Below are positions 1-12,137 of a DNA stretch of 64,000 nucleotides, piece by piece. Below the pieces are notes generated by a model. That model searched no databases. It was not told the origin of the DNA and saw nothing but the letters and a program-made list of their open reading frames with translations. Numbering within the stretch: position 1 is the stretch's first letter; every line of letters starts with the position of its first letter. Source of the stretch: Dimorphilus gyrociliatus (taxonomy: Eukaryota; Animalia; Annelida). Both the position numbers and the translations under genes were made by a program. The stretch spans positions 3,984,408-4,048,407 of the forward strand of contig CAJFCJ010000006.1 in the NCBI GenBank assembly GCA_904063045.1, given 5' to 3'.

Positions 1-62
1 CGTTGTTATTGGCATTTATTGCTGGAAAATGTGTTCGATAAATGTCTTTGTCAAAATATTAA

Positions 63-1094
63 TCATCTTCGACTGTATACAACAGTTTGCATTTCATGCG
101 TATTAGTTGGCTTGGATTGAGTTAGAGGATGGAATTCGTCACGTCTTTTACAATTCTTACCAAATTTAACGTTAAAAAACCCATATAAAAATGGGTTTAT
201 TGCGCTATTAAGTAAAGCCATAGTCTCCGCAAACGTTTGGACAGATTGTCCCACTTTACCTCCATTCCAAATTCGTAAATGATGTACAACAAAGTATGGT
301 GTCCAGCAAGCGATAAAGGAAAATATAATGCAAATAGTCATCTTGATTGTTTTTACTTTAGCCCTTGTAATAGCCGCAACATGAGATGAGTTTTTCTTAA
401 ATAAATTTGAACGCCCTTGATGCCATACGATTCTAACAACACTTGCGTAACAGAACGTAATGAAGAAAGCAGGTAAAATGAGAATATAACTCGTTAGAAA
501 AGTGAAATATACTAAACGCTGCCAATGCGCTGTGTAGCCCTCGCTTTTGCATTCATAAAAAGTTATGTTGTTATCGGGATTAATTTTCTTCACTCTTACA
601 AAAATGAAAAGCTGAGGAGCAGCAAATATGAATGCTAAAATCCAAGAGCATATAATCATTATTTTAGCGCGCTGTGTCGTATTACTCGGACTTAATGGAT
701 GACAAATAGCCATATAACGGTCAAAACTCATACTGACAAGAATAAAAGTTGTAGAAGCAAGCGTTACTATTTGCAGATAAACGGAAATCCTACAGGCGAC
801 GTCGCTGAATATCCAAGTGCGGTTGAATACAACAAATAATATTTCAACAGGCATAGTAACAAAGCAAACAGTCAAATCTCCGATAGCCAAGTTTAGAATG
901 AATATATTAACTCGATAATTCAGCACTTTTCTCTTTATGCATGTTAGGACTGTTATTATACTAACATTTCCGAAGAATGATAAAGCCAATATTATTGAAA
1001 TTGTAGTAATGCTCTGGATAGTTGCTGAATCCCAATTTTTCGGATATCCAAGTGCCGTTATATTTGTTGAATTATTTTCCGTAATATTCATCAT
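63..1094 (-). CDS. Intronless class A neuropeptide GPCR of the vasopressin/CCAP/GnRH/achatin receptor superfamily (343 aa)
   Basis: Seven hydrophobic segments; N-terminal N-glycosylation sequons (NIT, NNS/NST); GN in TM1, NLAIGD in TM2, SFDRYMAICHPL in TM3, CWTPY in TM6, NSAINPFLY in TM7; AKVKTIKMT before TM6 is typical of this superfamily. Confidence 0.9.
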   Translation of the reverse strand: MMNITENNSTNITALGYPKNWDSATIQSITTISIILALSFFGNVSIITVLTCIKRKVLNYRVNIFILNLAIGDLTVCFVTMPVEILFVVFNRTWIFSDVACRISVYLQIVTLASTTFILVSMSFDRYMAICHPLSPSNTTQRAKIMIICSWILAFIFAAPQLFIFVRVKKINPDNNITFYECKSEGYTAHWQRLVYFTFLTSYILILPAFFITFCYASVVRIVWHQGRSNLFKKNSSHVAAITRAKVKTIKMTICIIFSFIACWTPYFVVHHLRIWNGGKVGQSVQTFAETMALLNSAINPFLYGFFNVKFGKNCKRRDEFHPLTQSKPTNTHEMQTVVYSRR

Positions 1095-1628
1095 CTATTT
1101 ATAGTTAAAACAAGTAGACTGAAAACACCTTGATACATGTAAATTAAATTATAGCAACGGCTTTAGTCTTCATCTTTTTTTATATATAAAGATGAAAAAC
1201 TGAAATAACATTTGGCTTTATATATTTTCTTTCTCTATGTCTACACCACTGAAGTTATTCTTGATCTAATATCCGATAAATCTCTTATTTTGAACATATG
1301 CAGACACAAACTCACCTTTTTGTGCGCTCTTTCCCTCCTTCGACAACGTAATAAGTGGAGACGCTCTTCGCTAGGTGTCTCTGCCTTGCCTAGGTTGTCA
1401 TTTGCAAAACAATTGGGTATTATTAAAATTAAACGACAACTCTACGATTCTATGACTGTATTTTTTCGAGTAAAGAAAAAATCAATTGGTAGAATCTATA
1501 AAATAGCAAATGACACTGGATTTGAGGAAAGTTGATTGGACGTTACACTATCTAATGAAACACGAAATATATTTCGGATTCAGGTCATACTATTCATTGC
1601 AACATCAACACTTTAAAGTACACCAGAA

Positions 1629-2146
1629 TTACTTCCTCAAACTAGCCGGTTGTTCTTGCCTATGTGGATCGCAGGCGGAATCCAAATCGTAATATGAATA
1701 AAGGCCGTGTGGCTCTCTCTTCGGTTGATAGGATGAAGTTTGCTTAGCTGATTCGGTTTTAGCTGTTTTGAATTAATGAGGAATCCTTATTATTTTAATA
1801 ACAAGTAGCTTTCTTTAAAAAAATGCGATAATCTGATATCTAGCGTAATTGCCATTTTCCACCGCAACAATTTATCATTTAAATAGACAAAGAGCTAGCA
1901 TTGTAATCAATAAAATATTTATATGCTATTTTCATAATTATTCTTCATAAAAAACACAAACTTTTCTGGGCTGCATTTGCAGTTTTCACAGATTGGGCTG
2001 GCTCTCCCGCTGCAGACTTCGAAGAGGCAGTAGATGAAAGGCGTATGGTGAACTACGGAAATTTTATTATTGAAATCTTCTTTTAGAGTTTATTACTGAA
2101 AGAGTATACATACTAATCGGATGATTGGGGCTAATTTCAAGCTCAT
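1629..2146 (-). CDS. NDUFV3: NDUFV3-like complex I accessory subunit, 85 aa, 3 exons (2146-2114, 2052-1962, 1762-1629); not in the ORF track
   Basis: GT-AG splicing stays in frame and gives MSLKLAPIIRLFTIRLSSTASSKSAAGEPAQSVKTANAAQKTKTESAKQTSSYQPKREPHGLYSYYDLDSACDPHRQEQPASLRK*. The N-terminus looks like a mitochondrial presequence. The C-terminal YSYYDL...R.EQP.S resembles the remembered NDUFV3 motif (Y.F.DL......R.PQPS). Confidence 0.7.
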
Positions 2147-2483
2147 GTTTTAAATAATATTCTAGAGGACAGTCGTAACCTTGACCCTTAAAAATTAAAA
2201 TAGCCTGGTTTCTTGTTCAAAAAATAAAATTTAACGAAAATCGCTCAAAAGTTGATAAAATTATTTCTATTATTATTAATTTAGATTGTATTAATATGAA
2301 AAAAAAATAAAACAATTTTTTAACAAATTCTTTTTTTTTAGTTCTTTTTAGATTTTTTTTTATATAAATAAATTAATACGGAATGACTTTTATTTCATTC
2401 ATTTCATTCTCTCAGTACTATTATCTGCATGCAAAGAAAGTGAAGTAAAACAACGTAAAGGGAGAATGAAGTTGTACCAACAA

Positions 2484-4995
2484 TCAAGTAGATTGTTCAG
2501 GTAAATCTTGACTAAAATATGGTTTTGCTTCAGGCACAAGCATAGTATGACACACTTGACACACTTTGGCAGGTCGTCTTTGAGGTCCACTAAGCACCGT
2601 GTTAGAAACACAGTCAGCACAAAATATTCTACCACAATGCCTACAGTGATGCTTTCTTCTAGTGACTGTAAATGTAGTTTTACATTTATTACATTCGTCT
2701 ATGTCTTCTTCGTTTTGCCAACGAACTTCCGTTTGCTTTGCCCTTTCACGTTCGAGTTCAATCTGTAAAGATTGGGATAACTTGACGAAGTCTCTTTGGA
2801 CGCACTCACTGTTGTTTAAATCTTCTTGTAAACTTGACACTTTTATTCTCAACGTAGAGACATCGTCCATTACTTGCTTCTTAGAGTCTGTTTCTTCTTT
2901 TAATTTTTTTCTTACTTGCATCAATTCGGTATTAAGAGCATCTTCTACGCGAGATCTCTCAAGTTGTTCCGAGTGAATTTGATCTTTTATAAATAAAATT
3001 TTGGAATTTAACTGTTCCTCTATATGTTCTTTTGCCACTTTAGCTTTTATGAGCTCTTCACGAGTTTGAAGCAAATAAAATTGTATTTCATTTGGATCAG
3101 TGGGCAGTGATATCTCTGCTTCTGCTAGCTGAGCAGAATGAGCACCGTATTTTCCAAGCAATGACTCATTTTCTGCTTGAAATTTACGCAGCTCTATTTC
3201 GGCTTGTTCTCGTTCATCTTTAACTTTATTTAACTCTAGATAAAGTCTATTTTTCATTTCATTGAAATGATGACGCAGACTTTTATACGCATCCGAAGTT
3301 TTTTTAAAGTCTCCTCTTAAAGCACATATTCTTTCATCAAATTCCATCGATTTAACTTTTAAATTATCTTCTAGTTCATCAGCATAGGATCTTAATCTTG
3401 CACTGGCTTGTCTTTCCGAGTCTAAATATCTTTCTAAAGTTTTCACGTGAGAATTAGCCTTCATTTCAGCTTCTTTCACTTCCTCTAATTTCTGACTAAT
3501 TGTACCACACTTTGCGCATTTCTCAGCACTATCTTTAATATTCTTACTTGTGTCCAGAGTGGCTAAATAAATCAAAATGATAAGGAAAAATGATTAACGA
3601 AAAATTGATAATTACATTCCGAAGTGGATAGATCAAGATTACTCAGATTCAAGAAACTACTATTTCCTTCGCTTTCCAATTTTGCTCTGGCCTCACGTAT
3701 TTCATTTAATCGATTTTTCGTTGATTCCCTACCTTTATCCTCTTTTTGCGATTCTAAAAGATTAAAATTATTACGCATAAGTAAATGCAAGTAATGCATA
3801 TAACCTTCTATTTTTATCTGCTGCTCTTCTGATATAAACTGCATAATTCTTTGAATATCTGTGGAAGAAACCTGCTGTGCTAATTGCCATTCTTCCAAAC
3901 TTAAATCATGTAATTTTTGCATATGATTTAACTCCCTGGAAATATCATGAAGGTTATTCTTAAGGCTATCGACATCTTCCCCAGAGGTATCCTTATCGAT
4001 CATGCTATCATTCAGTTTCATTCCTTCGTTCGTTTTCGAACCATCAATTATCTATAATTATAACAGGTTCAATTAAAAAATGATATTTAAATAACAACAC
4101 TAAAAGAATTTCTCAGTGCTTCATTTGCTTTACTCTTGGACAAAGTCAATAATGCACTGAGACATTAATTATTTCCGTAAAAAACAAAATGACACTGTTA
4201 TAGTGTGTCTAGTTTTTTGCTCATTTTATTTTTACACTTGCTTTATGTACGAAAGTACAAAGTTTTTATTTAAAAAAAATTTCCCATCCAACTTAAAGAG
4301 ACTATTTTAAAAATTTTGGCTTAGAATCAAAGTAAATAGAATGAAAGGACTTAGGGAAAGAATCTCTGGGAAAAAAGCATGCAAAATAGACAAAAAAGAA
4401 CACTAGGTACTTCGGTAATGTATGTCTTCAGAAAAATAATTCGATTAGACAAAATTTGCTTCCATAGAACCTATTCCCTCTTTCATAAATTTTCTAATAT
4501 TTCTTTTATATAAGTAATGGTCAGTGTCGACTTACATATAAGCATTAATATTTCTTTTTTAGAATAGATGTTATAAATAGCAAAGAAAGAAATGATATAA
4601 TAGTAAGTTTTGTATCTCATTTCAGCAAAAAAATACATGCCATTATCCTATAAGGAAGAAAGATGATTATACCTCTCCTTCTTTTAGTCGACATAATTCC
4701 TTATCCCGTTCACTTAATTGTTTTTTTAATGACTCGATTTCTTCTTCAAATGGTAAAACAATTGAACGTAAGATTTCTGCATTTTCTTGAGCCTATACGT
4801 AAAGCAATTATCTTAATAGTATATTTCTCAGAATTATTCTATTTCTTGTAAAAGCATACTTTTTTCATACTATCTTCCAGATTTTCTGGTTCACTACTAG
4901 AACTACCCAATGATATTTTCTTTTGAAAGGTTTTGGCGACTGATGACAATAAGCCATCCCTATCAGAGGTTAATACATACATATACTGTATATAA

Positions 4996-5035
<40 letters not shown>

Positions 5036-5832
5036 ATAGATTTAGATATAAAGATATTCGTCAATTTAATAAAAGTAATCACATTATAGTTATTAAGTGA
5101 AAGTAAAAAGCAGAACTCACCGATTTTCCACTTTAGATTTTAATGATATATTTTCGTTTTCTAAATCATCTATTCTTTTACGAAGCTCTATAATGTCATT
5201 GTCTTCTTCCGATCTTTGAAATTGTTCTAATGTGTCATTCATAAGAATTTGAATTGAGGCAACTTCTTCCTTGTGTCTTCGAGTCATGTCTTCTAAATCA
5301 GAGTTTCTAGCTGTTTCTGCTAAAGAAGCAGCAGTTTTTACATCCTCGATCTCTTGCTCTAGTTTTGAAATAATTTTTTCGTATTCTTGACTCTTCTTCA
5401 ACAGATCTTCATTAATCAACGATTGCTTATTTAACTCAGCTAGTGAAAAAAATCTTTTGAAACTCAATATAAAGAATATTGAATACTTACCTTCAGTGTT
5501 TTTAAATAGATCCATGAATTGGGCTCTTTTAAGACCAAAATTGTCCTCATTTAAAGCGTTTTGCTCCAAAAGCTCTTGTTCTCTGCGTTTGTAGTGAGCC
5601 AACTGGCTTTCAACACTTAAATCAGCAATCGCCGTACTTTCGATTTCGGCTTTAGAGGCTACATAGAAACAAAATTCGTGACGATTGATGAAATAATCAC
5701 ACAAAAAATGATATTTAAGATTTAATCGATTTAGAATTGAAAGAAATGTAGCAATCTGGATTACTTACAGGGATCAGCTTCTTCAGCTGCTGTCAAAGGA
5801 CCAAACTCTTCAGTCCCCACGTTATCACTCAT
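2484..5832 (-). CDS. RABEP1: Rabaptin-5 (Rab GTPase-binding effector protein 1) with C-terminal FYVE domain, multi-exon
   Basis: Start MSDNVGTEEF at 5832. Motifs KRAQFMDLF, EEVASIQ, ENLEDSMKKAQENAEILRSIVLP and VQRDFVKLSQSLQ match Rabaptin-5. Long coiled coil. FYVE: W..EED..EC..C...F...RRKHHCRHCGRIFC. Confidence 0.9.
4999..5033. repeat. (TA)n microsatellite, about 17 units, in a RABEP1 intron
   Basis: Directly visible tatata run. Confidence 0.95.
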
Positions 5833-6192
5833 TTTAATTGTCAATAACAGATGAACTACTGCGAGAATTTTAGAATATTAATTTAAATTCATGCTGACAC
5901 TTATCACAATCGTTTCCGGACCGGATGTAGAACCACGATTGTTATTTCTACCTTAGCTCGGAAAAAAGTATTCTGGGTCATCTTGAGAAAACATATTTTA
6001 ATACTGAACACTATACCCGTCTATAAGTCTACGTATTTTCGTATTAAATAAAAACAAAATGAAATTTAATAAACAGAATTCTATAATTAATTAATATTTT
6101 TTCAATTTTATTGTATTACTTTGAAATTTACAACTTTACGACAAAATTAGGTGCGCAAGCGCATTCATTGCCTCGAAATTCCAAAACTCAAA
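5833..6192. promoter_or_regulatory. Bidirectional promoter between RABEP1 and IFT122 with ETS-like (CGTTTCCGG, 5911) and NRF1-like (TGCGCAAGCGCA, 6152-6163) motifs
   Basis: Head-to-head ATGs 360 bp apart; CpG-containing motifs stand out against the AT-rich background. Confidence 0.55.
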
Positions 6193-9100
6193 ATGCGAAC
6201 AGTACCGGTTTGGGTTGATAAAATTCGAGATAGAGACAATGTTGAGCAATGGTATGTTACAACCTAATGTAAAAGTTATATAAACTTATGATTAATAAGT
6301 TGTCTTATGAAACTTGTTACTAAGGACTCTTGATGACAACAAAAAATTACCTTTTCATATTTAGGATGCTATATATTCGAAAGAGCAATTGAAAATTCTT
6401 TATATTTTATCAATTGGTATTAAAGTTATAAGAAAATAACTATTATAAATTATTTTGTATAATAAAAAAAATATACTTAAAGAAGAATGCTAAAGTTAAA
6501 TAATTTTAATTGATTTCTTCTGGAATGTTTTCTAAATTTCCAAGTACACTTTTTTAAATTACCTTCAATCTCATTCCTTTTTAAAATGTAACAAACTTAT
6601 TAAACAGCAACACTTTTAAGCATCATTTATTTAATTAATTTAGTAGCGCTTTCAACGCAAATGTATTATAAGCAATTTTATTCTCTTGTTGAATTGGAAT
6701 GTTTACCAATAAACAGAAAAATACGATACCTCAAAAAAAACTCTTTCTTAAGTCTCTTTTTATTCCTTTAGCATCTGGGACATGGTTTTTAAACCTGATG
6801 GCTCTGAACTCATTATAGCAGCTAGTCAAAGAGTCTTAGTTTATAATTCGGTTGATGTGAATAACTTGAGTCTCATTCAAGCTTTGAAAGGTCATAAAGA
6901 TACAGTTTATTGTGTAAGCTATGCAAAAGATGGTAAAAGATTTGCCTCAGGTTCGGCAGATAAAAGTGTGATTATTTGGACAGATAAATTAGAAGGAATT
7001 TTAAAATATGTGTAAGTTGAAATATATTTTTTAATACAATACTTTTATTAAACGAAAGACAACCTTTTTAAAGCCATAACGATGCTATACAATGTTTATC
7101 TTACAATCCTATAACTCATCAACTACTCTCCTGTGCCTGTACCGATTTTGGTATGTATTTATTATTTATTTATGCCAACTTTATGGATACTATAGTTTTC
7201 CTTCCGATCTAACAAACAATAGGCCTGTGGTCTCCTGAACAAAAGAGTGTGTCAAAAGTTAAAGTAAATGGTAGAATATGCAGTTGTTCTTGGACAAACG
7301 ACGGTCAATATATGGCTTTAGGCATGTATACAGGATATATAAGTATTAGAAACAAGGTAATAATAATTGAAAAAAAGAAATCATTATCTTATTTCTTACT
7401 ATTTGTTTAAAGGCTGGCGAAGAAAAAGTAAAAATTGATAGACCTGGTGGATCATCGTCCGCTATTTGGTCTCTGCAATGGAACCCGAATAAGTATAACC
7501 GTTTATGATTATTCAATATTAATTTCTCATAATGGATCAATGTTATAGGAACGATCCTATGGATATTCTAGCTGTTGTTGATTGGGGTAAAAGATTGGCC
7601 TTTTATCAACTATCAGGAAAACAGGTATGTTATTTTCTTCTGAAGATAATACAATGTATAATAACAAATACAATATTTTTTTCAACAGGTAGGAAAAGAT
7701 AGGCAATTAACCTATGATCCCTGTTCTGTTAGATGGTTTGCAAATGGAGAGTTTGTAATAGTAACAGGGTCAAATAAAGAGGCTTCTCTTCATACAAAGT
7801 CAGTAATTTCTTGCATGTAGTTTATTAATGATGAATAAAAGGAAATACTTCCAGGGACGGAGTAAAGTTAGGAACAATTTGCGAGCAACAAGATTGGGTT
7901 TGGTGCTCAGCTATGAAGCCCGATCCGACCAATAATTATATTGTAGCTAACTTTTTTTTTATCTCTCAAATGCCTACTTTTTTTACAAATCTGACTGTTC
8001 TTTGCCATCAAGGTTGTTGGATGTCAAGATGGAAGTTTAAATTGTAATCAGCTCATCTTTAGTACTGTACATAGCCTTTATAAAGACAGGTTTATTATAA
8101 CTAAAAATAATTCTATGTATAATAGTCTTATTCCCTTCAACGAATAGATATGCCTATCGAGAAAATATGACGGATGTTATTATACAACATTTAATAACAG
8201 AAAAAAAAGGTAAGTTTTTCTTAAACAAGCCCAATAAAAAAACGTTTAAAATAATATTCTCTTTAATTAAATAGTGAGGATTAAGTGCAGAGATTTAGTA
8301 AAGAAGATAGCTGTTTACAGAGGAAGATTGGCTGTAAATATATAAATACATTTAGTTAATAAAGAAAAAGCTAATAATACTTTTATAATTCTTATTAAAG
8401 GTTCAACTGCCTGATAGAATTATTATTTATGAATTAGCAACTGCAGATGTGGATGATATGCAGTACAAATGGACGGATAAAATTATGAAAAAAGTTGAAT
8501 GTAATCTTTTAGTTGTCTGTTCCAAGCACATTATCTTTTGCCAGGTAAAAATGTTCGCAAGGCCCCTAACTTTTATTGACCTAAAATATTAATTTAATTA
8601 GGAGAAGAAACTTCAATGCTTCTCTTTTGCTGGAAACAAAGAAAGGGAATGGACTATGGATTCCATAATAAGATATATTAAAGTCACGGGCGGTCCTATA
8701 GGCAGAGAAGGAATTCTAGTTGGTTTGAAGAGCGGACAAGTAAGCCGAGTATTTTCTTTTGTTGAAAATTTTTTTAAAAAATTACTTTTGCTCTAAATAG
8801 ATTGTTACTATATTCGTCAACAATCCATTTCCTGTGAATATCTTAACTCAAAGTACATCTGTGAGATGTCTAGACATGTCAATGTCTAGAACGAAATTAG
8901 CTGTCGTCGATGAAAATAGCACTTGCTTAGTATACGATGTAAACAGTAAAGAATTACTTTATCAAGAACTAAATGCAAATAGCGTTTCATGGAATACGCA
9001 ATGCGAAGATATGTTATGTTTTGGTGGAAATGGTCTATTAAATATAAAAGCAGCCTTGTTTCCAGTCCATCAGCAAAAATTAGTAGGATTTGTTGTTGGA

Positions 9101-11807
9101 TTTACTGGGTCTCGAATATTTTGCCTTAATGTATATTCAATGTCATGTGTAGAGGTGCCACAATCTGCCTCAATGTACCAGTATCTTGAAAAGAAAAACT
9201 ACCAGTAAGACATCAATTTCCAATCTAATCAATTTCTCATCAGCTTTAATTAATTTTAGGGGAGCTTACACAGTCGCTTGTTTGGGTGTCACTGATGGAG
9301 ATTGGAATACCTTAGCGTTAGAGGCTCTTGAAGGCTTAAACTTAGATATTTCAAAAAGAGCATTCGTTAGAACAAAAAATTTAAAATATCTTGAATTAAT
9401 AAGTAATATAGAAGAAAGAAAAAAGAGAGGTGAAAATGATCCTCAAGTCTTCCTTGGTGATATTTTCGCTTATGAGGGTAAATTTAATGAAGCCGCTAAA
9501 ATGTACAAAAAAGCTGGACAAGAGCAGAAAGCCATGAATATGTATACTGATTTAAGAATGTTCGATCAAGCTAAGGAATTCCTGGGCACAGGTGATCAAG
9601 CAGATAGGAAAAATTTAATCAGCAAGCAGGCCGATTGGGCAAGAAATATTAATGAACCTAAAGCAGCTGCAGAAATGTATATATCGGCTGGAGAATACTC
9701 AAAAGCCATAGACATTATTGGAGATCACGGATGGGCTGATATGTAAGTGAAAATCTAGTAACGATTCAATCGTTGTAAGGAGATTTATATGTTACATACT
9801 TTTAGGTTAATTGATTTGGCTCGAAAACTGGATAAAGCAGACACTGAAAACCTTAATAAATGTGCCTTTTACTTAAAAAGGCATGAACAATATGCATATG
9901 CAGCTGAAACTTATATGAAAATGGGCGATACGAAAGCTTTATTATTGCTTCACGTAGAAGCCAAGCAATGGAGCGAGGTAATATATGAGTGCATTTGAAA
10001 ATTTCTAAATATAATTTGCTATATATAAATATTTATTCCCAGAGTTATTTATTAATTAAAATAAATAATCTTTCATTTAGGCATTTGAGCTGGTTAAAAA
10101 GCATAAAGAGTTTAAGAATGATGTTTACATACCTTACGCCCAGTCGCTAGCAGAAGAAGATAAATTTGAAGAAGCACAACAAGGTTAGATAAACTAAAAA
10201 ACCTGCAATGAAATATGACTACTATTTTAACTTTTATTCAGCTTTTCATGAAGCTGGCTTGGAAGAAGAAGCTGTCAAAGTTTTAGAACAACTTACTAGA
10301 AATGCTGTTACTGAAAATCGATTTAACGATGCAAGTTATTACTATTGGAAATTATCGATGCAGTGCTTCGACATTGCTCAGCGTAACTAATTTGTTACTT
10401 GTATAGATAAATTCTATTAATCACTTTTCTTTAATAATTAGAGGATGAAAATAAAATCTCAATAATGATTAAGAAATTCAAGGATTATCAAAAGAAAGCT
10501 GCAATTTACCACGTTTTTCATTCAATATTCAAATTTGTCGTGAGTGAAGATTCTAACAAGAGACAAAGTAATCTAATAAAATGCCTTATTATATCACTTT
10601 TCTAGGAAGAGCCATTTACTTCTGATACTCCAGAGAATCTCTTTCACATGTCGAGATTTTTGTATCATGAATTACAAACAACTGAAGTCCCGGACGGTGT
10701 CTCTAAAGTGTACGTTTAACAAATAATTGACATAAACAAGTTCGAGTCGAGTTACATATGTCTTCTTTTAAAAAAAATAGGGCAACCCTTTATACACTTG
10801 CAAAACAAAGTAAACAATTGAATGCTTTCAAGTTGGCTAGACATGCATATGAAAAGTTACAGAACTTAAAGATTCCAGCTAGATATCAAGAAATAGTTGA
10901 TATTGGAGCTATAACAATACGTTCTAAAGCCTTTCATGATGCAGAGGTTTGATCATATTATATATACCCTGAAGAAAAAAACCATAAAATTTTTAAAAAC
11001 TCTTTTTAGGATCGCTTACCTATGTGTTATCGTTGTTCAACCACAAATCCTTTACTGAATAATCAAGGAAATATGTGTATTAACTGTCGACAGCCATTTG
11101 TCCATTCTTTCATTTCATTTGGTAATTATATATTGTCAAATGAGATAAAAATAACGTTTCTTGTTTGGTATTAATTATGATTCAGTATAATAATTCAATT
11201 TACTATATGCCAGAGGTATTACCATTGGTTGAATTCTTTCTCGAGGAAGGCATTGATGATGATGAAGCAGTCCAACTGATTGAAAGCGCTCCAAGGAAGA
11301 AAGACAAGCAAACCGCTAGTGAAACAAAAACAGCCAATATGCAGAGTCTACGAATGGATGATTTAAGCGCTTTCGAAGAAGGGGAAGGGAGCAGAGAGAT
11401 AGCAGACCCATTTACAGCTAGTATGATGTCTTTTGAGGTTAGCCTGTTCTAAATAGTACGATTTAAATTGTTAATGGAATTTATTAAACTTTAGCAAGGA
11501 AGCTCGGAGTTTACTCCAGTAGTAGTAGGAAGAGAAGCACTTAAATCACTTCAGAGAACCGAAATTATTGTTATTAAGTGGCCTCCACCGCTGAGAAATC
11601 AATATTTCAAGAATTTCATGCCTGATGTTCAAATTTTGGTTTCTTGTCCAGACTGTAGAAAGGTATTGTAACGTATTGCTTCTATACTTAAAGAACTAAT
11701 ATGTTAATCCTTTCATTTTTCAATAGCTGTTCCACAGCGACGACTATGAACTAAAAGTTCTTCAAGATAACGCTTGTCCATTCTGCAGAAGTGCAGTAGA
11801 AGATTAA
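6193..11807 (+). CDS. IFT122: Intraflagellar transport protein 122 (IFT-A), many short introns
   Basis: [10 protein letters not shown] start; [71 protein letters not shown] and [19 protein letters not shown] closely match IFT122. Confidence 0.97.
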
Positions 11808-12137
11808 AGAAATTACAAAAGTACAAAATTACAAACTATTATAAGGTCTTTCTCAAAATATTTCGTAACTAAATCACCTATCCGTCCTTTAATACACACC
11901 ATTTTGCCAATTATATTAATCATTAAATTTTTAAATGTATCTATTCACGAAGTATTACTAAATAGTTTTTTTCAAAAGTATTTATTTATAAAATAATATA
12001 ACACCAGTTTATTTTTTCTATAGCATCTTAAAAAATAAAATAAGTTATATTAATAAAAAGTTGTATTTAATATCGTTAATTCGTTTTTTAAATTAGAATA
12101 ATAGTAAAACATTATCTAACCAGTTTTGTCTTACGAA

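Noticed and set aside
1212-1692. Plus-strand ORFs 1212-1535 and 1510-1692, and a minus-strand exon-like segment ending at a GTGAG donor (about 1315)
   Set aside because: No recognisable protein and no in-frame ATG for the minus segment. It is most simply a 5'UTR exon of the GPCR and the 3'UTR of NDUFV3.
6299-6313. Possible RFX X-box in IFT122 intron 1 (GTTGTCTTATGAAAC)
   Set aside because: Spacing and the second half-site deviate from consensus; not distinguishable from chance.
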